A stretch of 42,949 bases of DNA from an uncultured bacterium (GTDB taxonomy: Bacteria > Bacteroidota > Bacteroidia > NS11-12g > UBA9320): assembly GCA_963933305.1 (NCBI GenBank), contig CAWVTM010000003.1, positions 1 through 42,949 of the forward strand, read 5' to 3'. The notes under the pieces are model-generated. The model ran no database searches and was not told the DNA's origin. It worked only from the letters and a program-made list of their open reading frames with translations. The position numbers and the translations under genes are program-made. Of the stretch, positions 18,925 to 28,088 are shown one piece after another. Numbering within the stretch: the stretch's first letter is position 1; every line of letters begins with the position of its first letter.

Positions 18925-19660
18925 GTTTAGATTTTATAAACTCTTCTAATGCAGCTACCATACTAGGATGCTCCGGTGATGGAGCGGGTATGGAGTTATT
19001 GAGACCAGCGTCTTTCAGAGCTTGATCAGTACTTTTACCCCAGCCAGCTATCGCTTTATCTTCCTGCACAAAGTTAGGAAAGTTAGCGAAAAGAGAGACG
19101 ATTCCTTGAGGACTGAAGAATACAAGAATATCATAATATACACTTGCCAAGCCAGATAAATCTGAATTTACGGTGTTGTACATAATAGCCTCGGTATGGG
19201 CGATATTCATCTCAATTAGGTAATTTGGTATTATTTCATTTCGTATGTTTGAGCAAGGAAATAAAAACTTCAATGCTTTGTGTTTTTTGAGGAGTTCTAA
19301 GAACGAAGTATCTGTTCCTTTTCCGACAAACATTTTACGCTTACGTAGCTGTGTATATTTCTGAATATAGAGAGATACTCCCTCATTGGTACAGAAGTAC
19401 TTCATGGTAGCAGGTATTTCTACCTTCATTTCTTCTACTATTCTAAAGAAGTGATCTATGGCGTTTCTGGAGTTGAAAATTACTGCATCATGATCTAGGA
19501 TGCGAAGCTTTTGCTTTCGTAAGTCTCTTGCAGGCAGACCTTGGACTTCTATGAATGGGTGAAAATCAACTTTAACTCCGTACTTTTCTGTAAGTACATC
19601 ATAGACCGTTTTTTTACTCCCTGGATGGGGTTGTGAGATTAGAATACTTTTTACGCTCAA
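18914..19660 (-). CDS. hemD: Uroporphyrinogen-III synthase (Bacteroidota type)
   Basis: VKSILISQP.P, VDF.PFIEV, SRNAIDHFFR, YDILVFFSP.GI.SLF.NFP; TTG start. Confidence 0.88.
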   Translation of the reverse strand: MSVKSILISQPHPGSKKTVYDVLTEKYGVKVDFHPFIEVQGLPARDLRKQKLRILDHDAVIFNSRNAIDHFFRIVEEMKVEIPATMKYFCTNEGVSLYIQKYTQLRKRKMFVGKGTDTSFLELLKKHKALKFLFPCSNIRNEIIPNYLIEMNIAHTEAIMYNTVNSDLSGLASVYYDILVFFSPQGIVSLFANFPNFVQEDKAIAGWGKSTDQALKDAGLNNSIPAPSPEHPSMVAALEEFIKSKLKK

Positions 19661-19671
19661 TATAAATTCTC

Positions 19672-20352
19672 TTAGCTATTCACAAAAAGTACTTTGCATA
19701 AAACCAATGCAGGTACTAATTCGAAGGTGCAAAGGTATATAAAAACAGCGAGTATAGGGTAGTCAAAGTTATTTTGCAACATGAGGATGGTCCCAAATAG
19801 ACGTAGTAAAAAATAAATACCTAGGAGACTTATGATTAGGACAAATAGGATACTATGAAGATGCAGATAAAATACGTCTGCGAGTAAAAGGGTGATTACT
19901 ATAAACGAGAACCACTGGTTTAGAGCATACTGGTAATCTAGTACACGCTCTCCTATTTCCTGTTTTTTGTGAAGATAAAAGAACAACTTATTAGCTCCTA
20001 GAGCAGACAAAAATGAGATGAAAACGGCAAGAAACAACCCGAAGGAATAACTGCTGGAATATGGATCACTATTTCCGTAATCGCCTAATTGGTAAGTTAT
20101 TATCACTAAGGTAAGTACCAATGCAGAAGAGAGGATAGAACTAGCTCTAAAAGTAAGGTTAGCAGAATATTTAGCACTTTCCCAGCTAAATCGCTGTATG
20201 GGAAGTAGGGTAAGTTTAAGCATAAATACCAGCCAGTTTTCATTGAGCACGGATACGAGTGCTATCAATACTAAGGCAGAGAGAATCCCAACACGCACCG
20301 TGATGGGTAACTCATGTCGCAGAACTAGCTGTGTGATAATTTGTAAAAACAC
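19672..20352 (-). CDS. DUF4271-like membrane protein
   Basis: Multi-TM protein ending IYLCTFELVP, directly upstream of hemD. Confidence 0.7.
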   Translation of the reverse strand: MFLQIITQLVLRHELPITVRVGILSALVLIALVSVLNENWLVFMLKLTLLPIQRFSWESAKYSANLTFRASSILSSALVLTLVIITYQLGDYGNSDPYSSSYSFGLFLAVFISFLSALGANKLFFYLHKKQEIGERVLDYQYALNQWFSFIVITLLLADVFYLHLHSILFVLIISLLGIYFLLRLFGTILMLQNNFDYPILAVFIYLCTFELVPALVLCKVLFVNS

Positions 20353-20376
20353 TTGGGTTACAAAGGTGCTTCTTTA

Positions 20377-22116
20377 TCAGAAATAATTTACTACTCCAAA
20401 GTGAAATTTGGCAGCATTCAGTTGGATAGCATTGCCTTGCTGGGTCCCTAGAGCGTATGCTAGGTTCAGTATCCCTCTACCTACCTGTATATTAGCAAGT
20501 AGCCCAAAACCGTAAGGAGTGTCATATACTAAGTCAGAGCTTTGCAGAGTGTTTTCGATAGCTGCGGTATTCACAAATAGCCCAACATTACTGTTTTCAC
20601 CTATCAGGTATCTATACTCTAGCGTATAACTAAGTACTTTACTAGCGAAAATTTCATTCTCATCAAAACCACGTAAAGTACTGAATCCACCAAAGTTATA
20701 TAACTCATTGAAGAATATTTGATTGGCAAATAGCCCATTGAAACTGAGTTTTTGATGTATGGTACCTCTCTTTTTGATAGGAATAAAAAAACTAGTGGAT
20801 ACTGATATATCTAACCGCACACTTTTTAGATTCATAGTATCATAAATGGAGATTAGCTGACCAGTGCTAGCATCGGTAAATTTTACTCTGTTTACTTGAG
20901 TATTTCGCTCTACAGTTTTTTGTCCTACGGCTACATCTGCTAATAGGGTATATCCTTTTCTGGGATTTGGGAGATAATCCAAGTCTCTGGTGTAAAGGGC
21001 TAGTCCATAGTTATCTATGTTAAATGGATTATTACTTGGTATACGTTTCAGAGACCTTACTGCAGACGTATCTGCTGAGAGCAGGTTGCTATTTATATTT
21101 TGATAATAAAACTGAATATAATTATTCCCTGCCTGCTGATATCTTAGTGATAGCTTACTTTTTAAGGTGACGAAGTTAGTATCAAACTTATTGAGGTTAA
21201 ACTCTCCATTAACTCCTATTTTAGTGTTGAAGAGGTAGGGGAAAGTAAGTCCGAGATCTAGTTTTTGAGAGTTTTCTAAGTAATTTCTCCAATGTATTTC
21301 GAGTTGTTTGCCGCTTTTGAAGAGGTTATTTAGTTCTACATTTACCTCGCCGGTTATCAGCAGATCATTGTTGCTTCTGTTATTGCTATTAGGTGCCAGC
21401 CCTACTATACCGTCTACCCGGTCAGTGACTGCGTCGTCTATGTAGAGCACAACTCGCACGAGTCCTCTAAAAAATATTACCTGCGAGCTTGCGTTTATTT
21501 TCACAAGAGGAAGATTTCTAAGGTTTTTATCTATCTCTTTTATACTTTCTTCGCTATAGAGTTTCCCTTCCTCCAGTTGTAGGTATTTGCTCAGGTACTT
21601 TTTAGAGATTTGTGCATTTCCTATATATACTAGACTGTCGTACACGAATTGGATATAGGGATATATTTTTAATCTTGCCGAAAGAGTGTCTCCTGTTATT
21701 TCCGGTTCTAGAAGTTGTACTTTCACAAAAGGGAACCCAGCGTTTTCATGGGTACTGATTATCTGTTTTTGTAGCCTATCAAATTCACTAAGTCTTAGGG
21801 TTATATTATCAGATCTAGGCAGTAAGTCACCCGTCAGGTCATGCGAAGTAAGAGTGAGGTGAGTATATTTTCTTCCTAGCTCTATAAAAGAGTAAAAAGT
21901 GTCTGCAGCATAGTGGATACTATCTGCTGAGGCGGCCAGGTATCCTTGCGTACGTTTCGCTGCCATGGTTTTGGTTAGCACTAGCTCTGCCTCATTTTCA
22001 TCTTGCACCTCTGTGTACTCCGTATCTTTGCCATCATAGATGTGCAGTATTTTCTCTTGACCATAAGATAGGATAGAGATAGCGAGTAAGCCCCAAATTG
22101 CGATAACTTTGTGCAC
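20377..22116 (-). CDS. Omp85 (BamA/TamA-like) outer-membrane protein with POTRA domain
   Basis: N.GFPF, NPRKG, FGG..TLRGFDE, EYRY, C-terminal HFG.VNYF. GTG 22116 is the likely start because the track TTG lies inside a TACATTTG promoter element (22126-22133). Confidence 0.82.
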   Translation of the reverse strand: MHKVIAIWGLLAISILSYGQEKILHIYDGKDTEYTEVQDENEAELVLTKTMAAKRTQGYLAASADSIHYAADTFYSFIELGRKYTHLTLTSHDLTGDLLPRSDNITLRLSEFDRLQKQIISTHENAGFPFVKVQLLEPEITGDTLSARLKIYPYIQFVYDSLVYIGNAQISKKYLSKYLQLEEGKLYSEESIKEIDKNLRNLPLVKINASSQVIFFRGLVRVVLYIDDAVTDRVDGIVGLAPNSNNRSNNDLLITGEVNVELNNLFKSGKQLEIHWRNYLENSQKLDLGLTFPYLFNTKIGVNGEFNLNKFDTNFVTLKSKLSLRYQQAGNNYIQFYYQNINSNLLSADTSAVRSLKRIPSNNPFNIDNYGLALYTRDLDYLPNPRKGYTLLADVAVGQKTVERNTQVNRVKFTDASTGQLISIYDTMNLKSVRLDISVSTSFFIPIKKRGTIHQKLSFNGLFANQIFFNELYNFGGFSTLRGFDENEIFASKVLSYTLEYRYLIGENSNVGLFVNTAAIENTLQSSDLVYDTPYGFGLLANIQVGRGILNLAYALGTQQGNAIQLNAAKFHFGVVNYF

Positions 22117-22161
22117 GATGTCGTACAAATGTAAACGATATTCACTTACCTAAATTGTAAC

Positions 22162-23322
22162 ATGGCTGGAATATATATTCATATCCCTTTTTGCAGAAAA
22201 GCGTGCTTTTACTGTGACTTTCATTTCTCCGTTTCACTGGGGCTGCAGACAGATATTGTGGATGCTATTGTCCTAGAGGCTAAAAGAAGAAAGTATTTTC
22301 TGGGAGAGGAGAAGGTAGAGACCGTATACTTCGGCGGCGGCACACCTAGTGTGCTTACTATCAGTGAGTGGGATCAGATACTGGGTACCTTACACGAAGA
22401 GTTTACTATTGACAAAGATGCTGAGATTACAGTAGAATGTAATCCAGACGACCTTACAGCGGAGTATCTGAAGATGTTGAAACTAATCGGTGTAAATAGA
22501 TTAAGTGTAGGGATACAGAGTTTTAATGAGGAACACCTGAAGTGGATGAATAGGAGCCATACGGCAGAACAGAGTTTAAGCTGCATCCAACTGGCTGCAG
22601 ATATAGGTTTCAAGGACATTACGATTGATCTGATTTACGGACTACCTCAGCTAGACGTAGCTGAGTGGAAACAGACAGTAAAATCTGCCTTAGCTCTTCC
22701 CATAAATCACTTGTCTGCGTACAGTCTTACATTGGAGGAAAATACTCCCTATCAGAAGCTAGTATCACAGACGAAATATAAGCGACCAGACGATGACCTA
22801 GCTTCCGAGCACTATGACCTGCTTATCACTGAGATAAATGAGCATGGCTGGGAGCACTATGAAGTGAGTAATTTTTGTAAAGCGGGTAACCACTCTAAAC
22901 ACAATACAGCCTATTGGCAAGGTAAAAAATATCTGGGTCTAGGCCCGTCTGCTCATAGCTATGACGGAGCGAGTAGGTACTGGAATATTAGTAGTAATAA
23001 AGAGTACCTTTCACTCATAGCCAGTAATAATAAGACCTACGAGATGGAAGAATTAACTGCTGTGAATAGGTTAAATGAATATTTGCTTACTGGGTTAAGG
23101 GCTAAATGGGGAGTGGATACGGACTTGCTGAAGAAGGAGCACCATTATGATATAGAAATACTGTATGCTGAGGAACTTAATTACTGGTTATCCATAGGAT
23201 GGATAGAGAGAAGCGGCACTAAGATAAGCCTCACGGATAAGGGATTGTTGTTTGCAGATTTTATAGCTAGTGAGCTGTTTAGTACGGAGGATGAAGATTA
23301 CTCATCCCAGATGTCATCATAG
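22162..23322 (+). CDS. hemW: Radical SAM heme chaperone HemW
   Basis: YIHIPFCRKACFYCDF, YFGGGTPS, NRLSVGIQSF, YEVSNF and HN.AYW motifs. Confidence 0.94.
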   Translation: MAGIYIHIPFCRKACFYCDFHFSVSLGLQTDIVDAIVLEAKRRKYFLGEEKVETVYFGGGTPSVLTISEWDQILGTLHEEFTIDKDAEITVECNPDDLTAEYLKMLKLIGVNRLSVGIQSFNEEHLKWMNRSHTAEQSLSCIQLAADIGFKDITIDLIYGLPQLDVAEWKQTVKSALALPINHLSAYSLTLEENTPYQKLVSQTKYKRPDDDLASEHYDLLITEINEHGWEHYEVSNFCKAGNHSKHNTAYWQGKKYLGLGPSAHSYDGASRYWNISSNKEYLSLIASNNKTYEMEELTAVNRLNEYLLTGLRAKWGVDTDLLKKEHHYDIEILYAEELNYWLSIGWIERSGTKISLTDKGLLFADFIASELFSTEDEDYSSQMSS

Positions 23323-25763
23323 TTTTTAGTTTCTGTTGCCTCCTCTTTGAGTGAGGCCTTTCCTTTTAGAGCTTTGATGAACTTCTTTTTTTCATTTATT
23401 ACCTCCTCTTTAACATTTTCTTTTACCGTGGCTCTATCGTAGCGAATCTTCAGGTTATCTGAAGGTCCCTCCATAAGTACATATGCAGTCAGGCCACCGT
23501 TTGAGTTTTTTTCTATTCTTTTTTCAGCCTTACGAGCTATCCAGTTAGCTTTAGTAGCTAGCAGTTCCGCTACACTTAATCCCATACTGTATTTCATATA
23601 GCCGTCAAAGGTGTGCGTACCTTCTATTTCTATATTCATAGCATTGTTTTCTATTCTCATTTTAGGGATAAAAATAGTTTGGTCAAATATTTCTATTGTA
23701 TTTGTTAAGGTTTTGAATCGCACGTTTTTTAGATCTTCTATGTTTACGAAACTTGAGAGTTCTTTTAGTGGGTCATAATTAATCAGTGCACCACTGTTTA
23801 TGGTTACATTAGCTTTGGCATATAGCTTGGGCAATACCGGCTCAAAGGTTTTATCCAATATGATTTTAGCTAGAATAGTCCCCTTTAGTGTTCCACTTAT
23901 GTTTTTATCAGTGATTTCTGTTTGCTCAAAATTGTTAAACTGATTGAATAGGTCGGTGATATTTATGTCACTCAGTTCAGCGGTAATGTCTAGCAAATGA
24001 TTGTCTCCCCATTTTTTAATTACTATAGCAGCTATAGTCTTCCCTCCTAGTGCATCTATTTCGCATTTTGGCATGCGTAGAGAGGTTCTATTAGAGATTA
24101 GATCACCTTCCATCTTATGGGCTACGAAGTCATTAAATCTGAAATCAGTAAGTGTCGTTTGTAGGTTTAATTTTATGGGCAGTAGCTCTTCTGAGCTATT
24201 TTCATTTTGATTTATTGCATTATTAGCACCATAGAGTTCATTTACAGTTAGATTGTTCACAGTCAGTTTTCCTACTAGCTCAGCAGTACTATTTTTATTG
24301 AGAAGAGATGTGTAATCTTCTATGTACCCTTTGAGTGTTCCAGTAGTATTATTATATGAGAAAGAAGCACTATTTACTACCATTTTAGTATTGTCAGCGC
24401 TGATGTCAAAGGCTATATCTTTCACATCTATGGCGGGATCTGCTAGTTGCCCACTTAGGTTATTTAGTTCTATTTTGCCAGCATATCTCAAGGTATTAGG
24501 GACAGGAGCCCCGCTAGCTATATCTACAGTAAGTGCTAGCTTACCGTCTACCTTAGCTGTGCCAGACTGAGTAGTGAACCCAATACCGTCTATTAATCCC
24601 AATACGAATGCTGCATCTAGAGTGGCTTTGCCATTCCAGGCAATAGCTGGTTTTGTAAAATCTGATACGGATATATCGCCGCTTATTGTATTGTTATCAC
24701 TGGATGCATTTTGGATATTGCACGTGGCTTTAGCTGATGCTAGCTGACTAAGTTTAGGTATGTTGAGGTTTCCCTTTGCCTCCACACCTTCTAGTTTTAG
24801 CTGCCCTCCTTTTATGGCTACACTTGCTTTTTGGAGGGTAAAGTCAAAACCGAGGCTAGGTTCATGATTACCGTGTGTTTTTCCTTTAAATTGACCATCT
24901 ATGACTACATCTCCTTGCAAGTTTATTTTATCCAGTGACGAGATAAAACTTGCAGGAAGTACGCTAAATAGTGATTTAGCTGAAGTGTTATCGTTAGAAA
25001 ACAGTAGGTTAATGGCAGAAGTTTCACTGTAATCTACAGAGCCACTTACTGTTAGACTTACTTCTTCCACTTGTAGGTCGGTAGGTGAAACTTTTACGAC
25101 TTGCTTTTCAGTGTTTACTTCTACTTTGGTGTTTATTTTTAAGCTCTTTTTGACAATATATGCGACTCCTCCAGATAGTAGAGTGGTGTTATCTAGTGAT
25201 GCCTTGATGTTAATATTGGTAGTGGCTCCAGTGTACTTTAGTCCTATGTTAGTAATAGGGGTGATGGTGTTGCATTTAAATTTACTTGGTCTGTGCTCGT
25301 AGAGTACATCACAGTCTATTAGTTTTAATTCTTTTATCTCAAAACTTACAGGAGAGGATGAGTTGTCTGCAATAGGTTTAGTAATATCGTAATTGGTACC
25401 ATAGTTTAGGTCGGCTACACGCAGTTTTCCCTCTCTTAAGAGTACTTTGTCTATCACATATTCTCCTTTATACAGTTTCCAGATATCTACGAATAGATTT
25501 AGTTCACCTGCCTGTAGAAGTTTTTCTTTGTAATAAGGTGTGCTTTCGTTTATAGATACATTGGTGAGTTTTATTCCTAGATTAGGAAAATCTCTTAGTC
25601 CTGACAGGCTTATCTCATCCACGGCTACTTCTACAGCGAGTGTTTTGTTGATTTCGGATACTAGGATTGGTTTGATGTTTTTCTGAAAATAAAGAGCAAC
25701 ACCAGCTACTGCCAATATAAAAACGGTAAGTAGTACAAGTGCTATTTTCAGAAACTTCTTCAA
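23298..25763 (-). CDS. AsmA-like (TamB/YhdP superfamily) protein
   Basis: N-terminal TM anchor after the probable TTG start at 25763; long beta-rich body; C-terminal IPKM.IENNA.NI.IEGTHTF....Y. Confidence 0.8.
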   Translation of the reverse strand: MKKFLKIALVLLTVFILAVAGVALYFQKNIKPILVSEINKTLAVEVAVDEISLSGLRDFPNLGIKLTNVSINESTPYYKEKLLQAGELNLFVDIWKLYKGEYVIDKVLLREGKLRVADLNYGTNYDITKPIADNSSSPVSFEIKELKLIDCDVLYEHRPSKFKCNTITPITNIGLKYTGATTNINIKASLDNTTLLSGGVAYIVKKSLKINTKVEVNTEKQVVKVSPTDLQVEEVSLTVSGSVDYSETSAINLLFSNDNTSAKSLFSVLPASFISSLDKINLQGDVVIDGQFKGKTHGNHEPSLGFDFTLQKASVAIKGGQLKLEGVEAKGNLNIPKLSQLASAKATCNIQNASSDNNTISGDISVSDFTKPAIAWNGKATLDAAFVLGLIDGIGFTTQSGTAKVDGKLALTVDIASGAPVPNTLRYAGKIELNNLSGQLADPAIDVKDIAFDISADNTKMVVNSASFSYNNTTGTLKGYIEDYTSLLNKNSTAELVGKLTVNNLTVNELYGANNAINQNENSSEELLPIKLNLQTTLTDFRFNDFVAHKMEGDLISNRTSLRMPKCEIDALGGKTIAAIVIKKWGDNHLLDITAELSDINITDLFNQFNNFEQTEITDKNISGTLKGTILAKIILDKTFEPVLPKLYAKANVTINSGALINYDPLKELSSFVNIEDLKNVRFKTLTNTIEIFDQTIFIPKMRIENNAMNIEIEGTHTFDGYMKYSMGLSVAELLATKANWIARKAEKRIEKNSNGGLTAYVLMEGPSDNLKIRYDRATVKENVKEEVINEKKKFIKALKGKASLKEEATETKNYDDIWDE

Positions 25764-25953
25764 TTCTTTTGTTTTTATTTTGAGCAAATGAAGGTAGAAA
25801 TTTTCACTGCTAATAGTACAACGAATTAACAATACACATTGATACTTGCAATAGTGTATTGTTTCTGTGAATGATTTTAGGAGTGTTGTTTTGTCCCGGC
25901 ACCTTGAAATGATCAACAGGTATAATACTATTTAAAATTTTAAAATAAATTAC

Positions 25954-25983
25954 TTGGTAGTATCCAAACCGAAATTATATTTG
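25954..25983 (+). promoter_or_regulatory. sigmaA promoter of tRNA-Val (TTG-N19-TATATTTG)
   Basis: Consensus -33 and -7 elements with AT-rich upstream sequence. Confidence 0.75.
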
Positions 25984-26001
25984 CAGCCCTTTAAAGGAAG
26001 A

Positions 26002-26076
26002 GGGCGATTAGCTCAGTTGGTTTAGAGCACCTGCCTTACAAGCAGGGGGTCGTTGGTTCGAATCCAACATTGCCCA
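26002..26076 (+). tRNA. tRNA-Val (TAC), CCA not encoded
   Basis: Acceptor stem GGGCGAT/ATTGCCC, D-arm GCTC/GAGC, anticodon arm CCTGC-CTTACAA-GCAGG, T-loop GTTCGAATC. Confidence 0.97.
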
Positions 26077-26082
26077 CAACAC

Positions 26083-26111
26083 AAAGTCTCGCTTCGGCGG
26101 GACTTTTTTTT
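26083..26111 (+). terminator. Intrinsic terminator of tRNA-Val
   Basis: AAAGTCTCGC-TTCG-GCGGGACTTT followed by a T-run. Confidence 0.88.
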
Positions 26112-26270
26112 GTTTCAAAACGTGTGTATTTGGTCAGTTAATTGGCCTCGATACATATCCTCAACATAGTAATCCGATAGGTATAGCACGCTAGTAGTCA
26201 TTTTATTACGATTGCGAGCAAGAGAATAACTATGTCACAAACTATAGAGAGTACTTCTAGTTATAATAAA

Positions 26271-26309
26271 TCCTCAACGTCCCTTGCAGGAGACGTTGAG
26301 GGAGTTCAA
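26271..26309 (+). repeat. REP-like palindromic repeat, copy A
   Basis: TCCTCAACGTC-CCTTGCAGGA-GACGTTGAGGG-AGTTCAA with a perfect 10-bp stem. Confidence 0.85.
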
Positions 26310-26695
26310 GTCTGGTGGTAGAATGTATCTCTATTTGTGTTTAAATATATGTAGGCCCCAACAAAATCTGCATATCCGTCACCAATAAAAGGCTCTTGGT
26401 ACCCAGCTATATTAGACGGTACTGTAGCTCTATTTTTGCCACATCTATGAAAATGGTCTGTGGTGCCAATAGTGGGACTGTACCAACCTATGGCCGCACC
26501 CAACTGATGCCAATCTGTAGGGCAATTGGATATATTGAAGTCCCCATTAGGTACGAGATTCTGTGCGTAAAGATTGCTTATTGGAAAAGTTAATAGAGTT
26601 ATAATCAAGAAAATGTCTCTTACATTTCTGTCTGTAAAAAAAAATCTAAAAGGTGTCAAACTGTTAAACACAATTTTTGAAATGTACATTTTCAA
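26306..26695 (-). pseudogene. 3'-truncated N-terminal fragment of a secreted protein (QNLVPN... module seen in T9SS/OmpA-type Bacteroidota proteins)
   Basis: Signal peptide plus QNLVPNGDF...CP...W.SPT.GT.D.F..C...VP.N..GYQ.P..G.GY. The stop codon is supplied by the end of repeat A; the start is uncertain. Confidence 0.6.
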
Positions 26696-26704
26696 TGAAA
26701 GCTA

Positions 26705-27067
26705 CTATCGTCTTTTGACTAATTTATAACCAGGTAACTGTCTAAATTTTCGTTTATAAAGAAAAATATCTTTCAGATCTGTGGCGTGGATTGCAACTTT
26801 TATAGAATCACCAGAACGAAATCTACTTCGGAAAGTCCTAGCAGGGAATTTGTAATGATAGAGCCCAATAAATGTGTCATTTTTATAAACGTATTGAAAC
26901 TCAACTTCCTGTAAGTATTCATATTTTTTAACCAGTTTTAGGTTCTCAGCATTTGTTACAATTCCATCTTTTATTACATAACTTTTGTAAGATCGATCAG
27001 TTTGTTCTGAAAAATCACAGCCATAAATCACTAAGTATAAACTTAAAATAAATAATTTCATTTTCAT
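26705..27067 (-). CDS. Hypothetical lipoprotein (DUF3592-like pattern)
   Basis: Lipobox IYGC and a G.V...F.Y.Y...F.G...GD.I.V pattern; AT-rich. ATG 27067 is preferred over the track GTG. Confidence 0.6.
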   Translation of the reverse strand: MKMKLFILSLYLVIYGCDFSEQTDRSYKSYVIKDGIVTNAENLKLVKKYEYLQEVEFQYVYKNDTFIGLYHYKFPARTFRSRFRSGDSIKVAIHATDLKDIFLYKRKFRQLPGYKLVKRR

Positions 27068-27075
27068 ATCATAAA

Positions 27076-27189
27076 TTACCACAGTTTTGTTCCATTTCGA
27101 TTTAAACGCATTTTGTTACCATTTGAATTAATGTAGGATTTACCTCCGTTTGGGCCTGTCTTAATTGGTCTGTATTCCCCTTTTATAGT
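27076..27189 (-). pseudogene. Start-less C-terminal gene fragment with a TGPxGGKxYINSNGNK motif (PBCV basic adaptor-like)
   Basis: Hand translation TIKGEYRPIKTGPNGGKSYINSNGNKMRLNRNGTKLW*. The frame is closed upstream by a TGA inside the adjacent repeat. Confidence 0.55.
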
Positions 27190-27251
27190 TCAACACCCTC
27201 AATGTCTCCTTTTTCACCACCCTCAACGTCTCACGCAAGGGACGTTGAGGA
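27189..27251 (-). repeat. REP-like palindromic repeat: half copy (27189-27210) plus full copy B (27220-27251), inverted relative to copy A
   Basis: The reverse complement of copy B matches copy A at 30/32 nt; the half copy matches 26288-26309 at 19/22 nt. Confidence 0.85.
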
Positions 27252-27330
27252 ATCCCTTGCAAAAATCCAAACATAATTACTATGCATCTCAAGGTGTTCA
27301 AATATAAATCTTTTATGCCAATTATTATAT

Positions 27331-27377
27331 CTCAACACCCTCAGCATCTTCTTTTTAGGGACGTTGAGAGTGATGAG
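27331..27377. repeat. Degenerate copy C of the same palindrome
   Basis: CTCAACACCCTCAGCATC...GGGACGTTGAGAGTGATGAG, an imperfect long hairpin sharing both arms. Confidence 0.65.
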
Positions 27378-27560
27378 TAGTACTTCATTTAATCTTTTGC
27401 TTATCCCTTTCCTATCGCAGTCGAAATCCCATTTCTAGCTGGTTAAAGTAGCGTTACTCTGAGGATTCTTTAGTCGCATAAATCAAAGATAGTGAGAAGA
27501 GTATAAAAAAGTGCAATGCAGCGTATACTATAAATGGTTTGGATCCATTATACTTGTGTT

Positions 27561-28010
27561 ATGAGAGCATTGGTACAGCGAGTGAGTGAAGCTCAGGTGA
27601 GGGTAGATGAGATAATACAAGGACGGATAGATGCGGGACTCTTGGTGTTTTTAGGAATAGGAGAACACGATGTAGAGGACGACTTAAATCACTTGGTAAA
27701 AAAAATAACGCAGCTCCGTATTTTTTCTGATACGGAAGGGAAAATGAACAAAAGTGTGATAGAGATAGGTGGTTCATTGTTGATAGTCAGTCAGTTTACA
27801 CTTTTTGCCTCGACTAAAAAAGGAACACGACCGTCATTCATTAAGTCTGCTAAACCCGAAATAGCTATTCCTCTATACGATAGATTTGTAGAAAAATGCA
27901 GGCGTTTGCTTCCCGTCAGTACGGGGATCTTTGGAGCTGATATGAAGGTCAGTCTGGTAAATGACGGCCCTGTCACTATATGGCTTGATAGTAAGGAGAG
28001 GGATTATTGA
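27561..28010 (+). CDS. dtd: D-aminoacyl-tRNA deacylase
   Basis: MRALVQRV, LRIFSD..GKMN.S, VSQFTL, RPSF and G.FGADM.VSLVNDGPVT motifs. Confidence 0.96.
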   Translation: MRALVQRVSEAQVRVDEIIQGRIDAGLLVFLGIGEHDVEDDLNHLVKKITQLRIFSDTEGKMNKSVIEIGGSLLIVSQFTLFASTKKGTRPSFIKSAKPEIAIPLYDRFVEKCRRLLPVSTGIFGADMKVSLVNDGPVTIWLDSKERDY

Positions 28011-28058
28011 ATTGATTAGGGCGGATAAAGGCCAGTTTTATATTGCCTTGCAAAAGGC

Positions 28059-28066
28059 TAAATTTG
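28059..28066 (+). promoter_or_regulatory. sigmaA -7 element (TAAATTTG) for hppD
   Basis: Exact TAnnTTTG match 22 nt upstream of the ATG. Confidence 0.55.
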
Positions 28067-28088
28067 CAACAATAAAATTAGAAGAATC

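Noticed and set aside
25764-25916. N-terminal extension of the AsmA ORF (similar extensions on tyrS, feoA, nadK, dtd and the T9SS genes)
   Set aside because: The extensions precede signal or anchor sequences or overlap promoter elements, so downstream starts fit better.
26271-27251. Repeats as integron attC sites (AAC...GTT ends)
   Set aside because: At about 32 bp they are too short, the copies are inverted rather than direct, the cargo genes are truncated and no IntI is present.
26271-27377. Palindromic repeats as a CRISPR array
   Set aside because: Spacing is irregular (about 80 to 900 bp), orientation is mixed and no cas genes are present.
27230-27479. Minus-strand frame MRLKNPQSNATLTS*KWDF...MHSNYVWIFARDSSTSLA as a decayed IS200 transposase
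   Set aside because: It has an internal stop, reads through the repeats and has no HUH motif; the resemblance is too weak.
26002-27530. Classical tRNA-integrated prophage or island with an att duplication
   Set aside because: I found no second copy of the tRNA 3' end and no integrase, and the tRNA terminator is intact.
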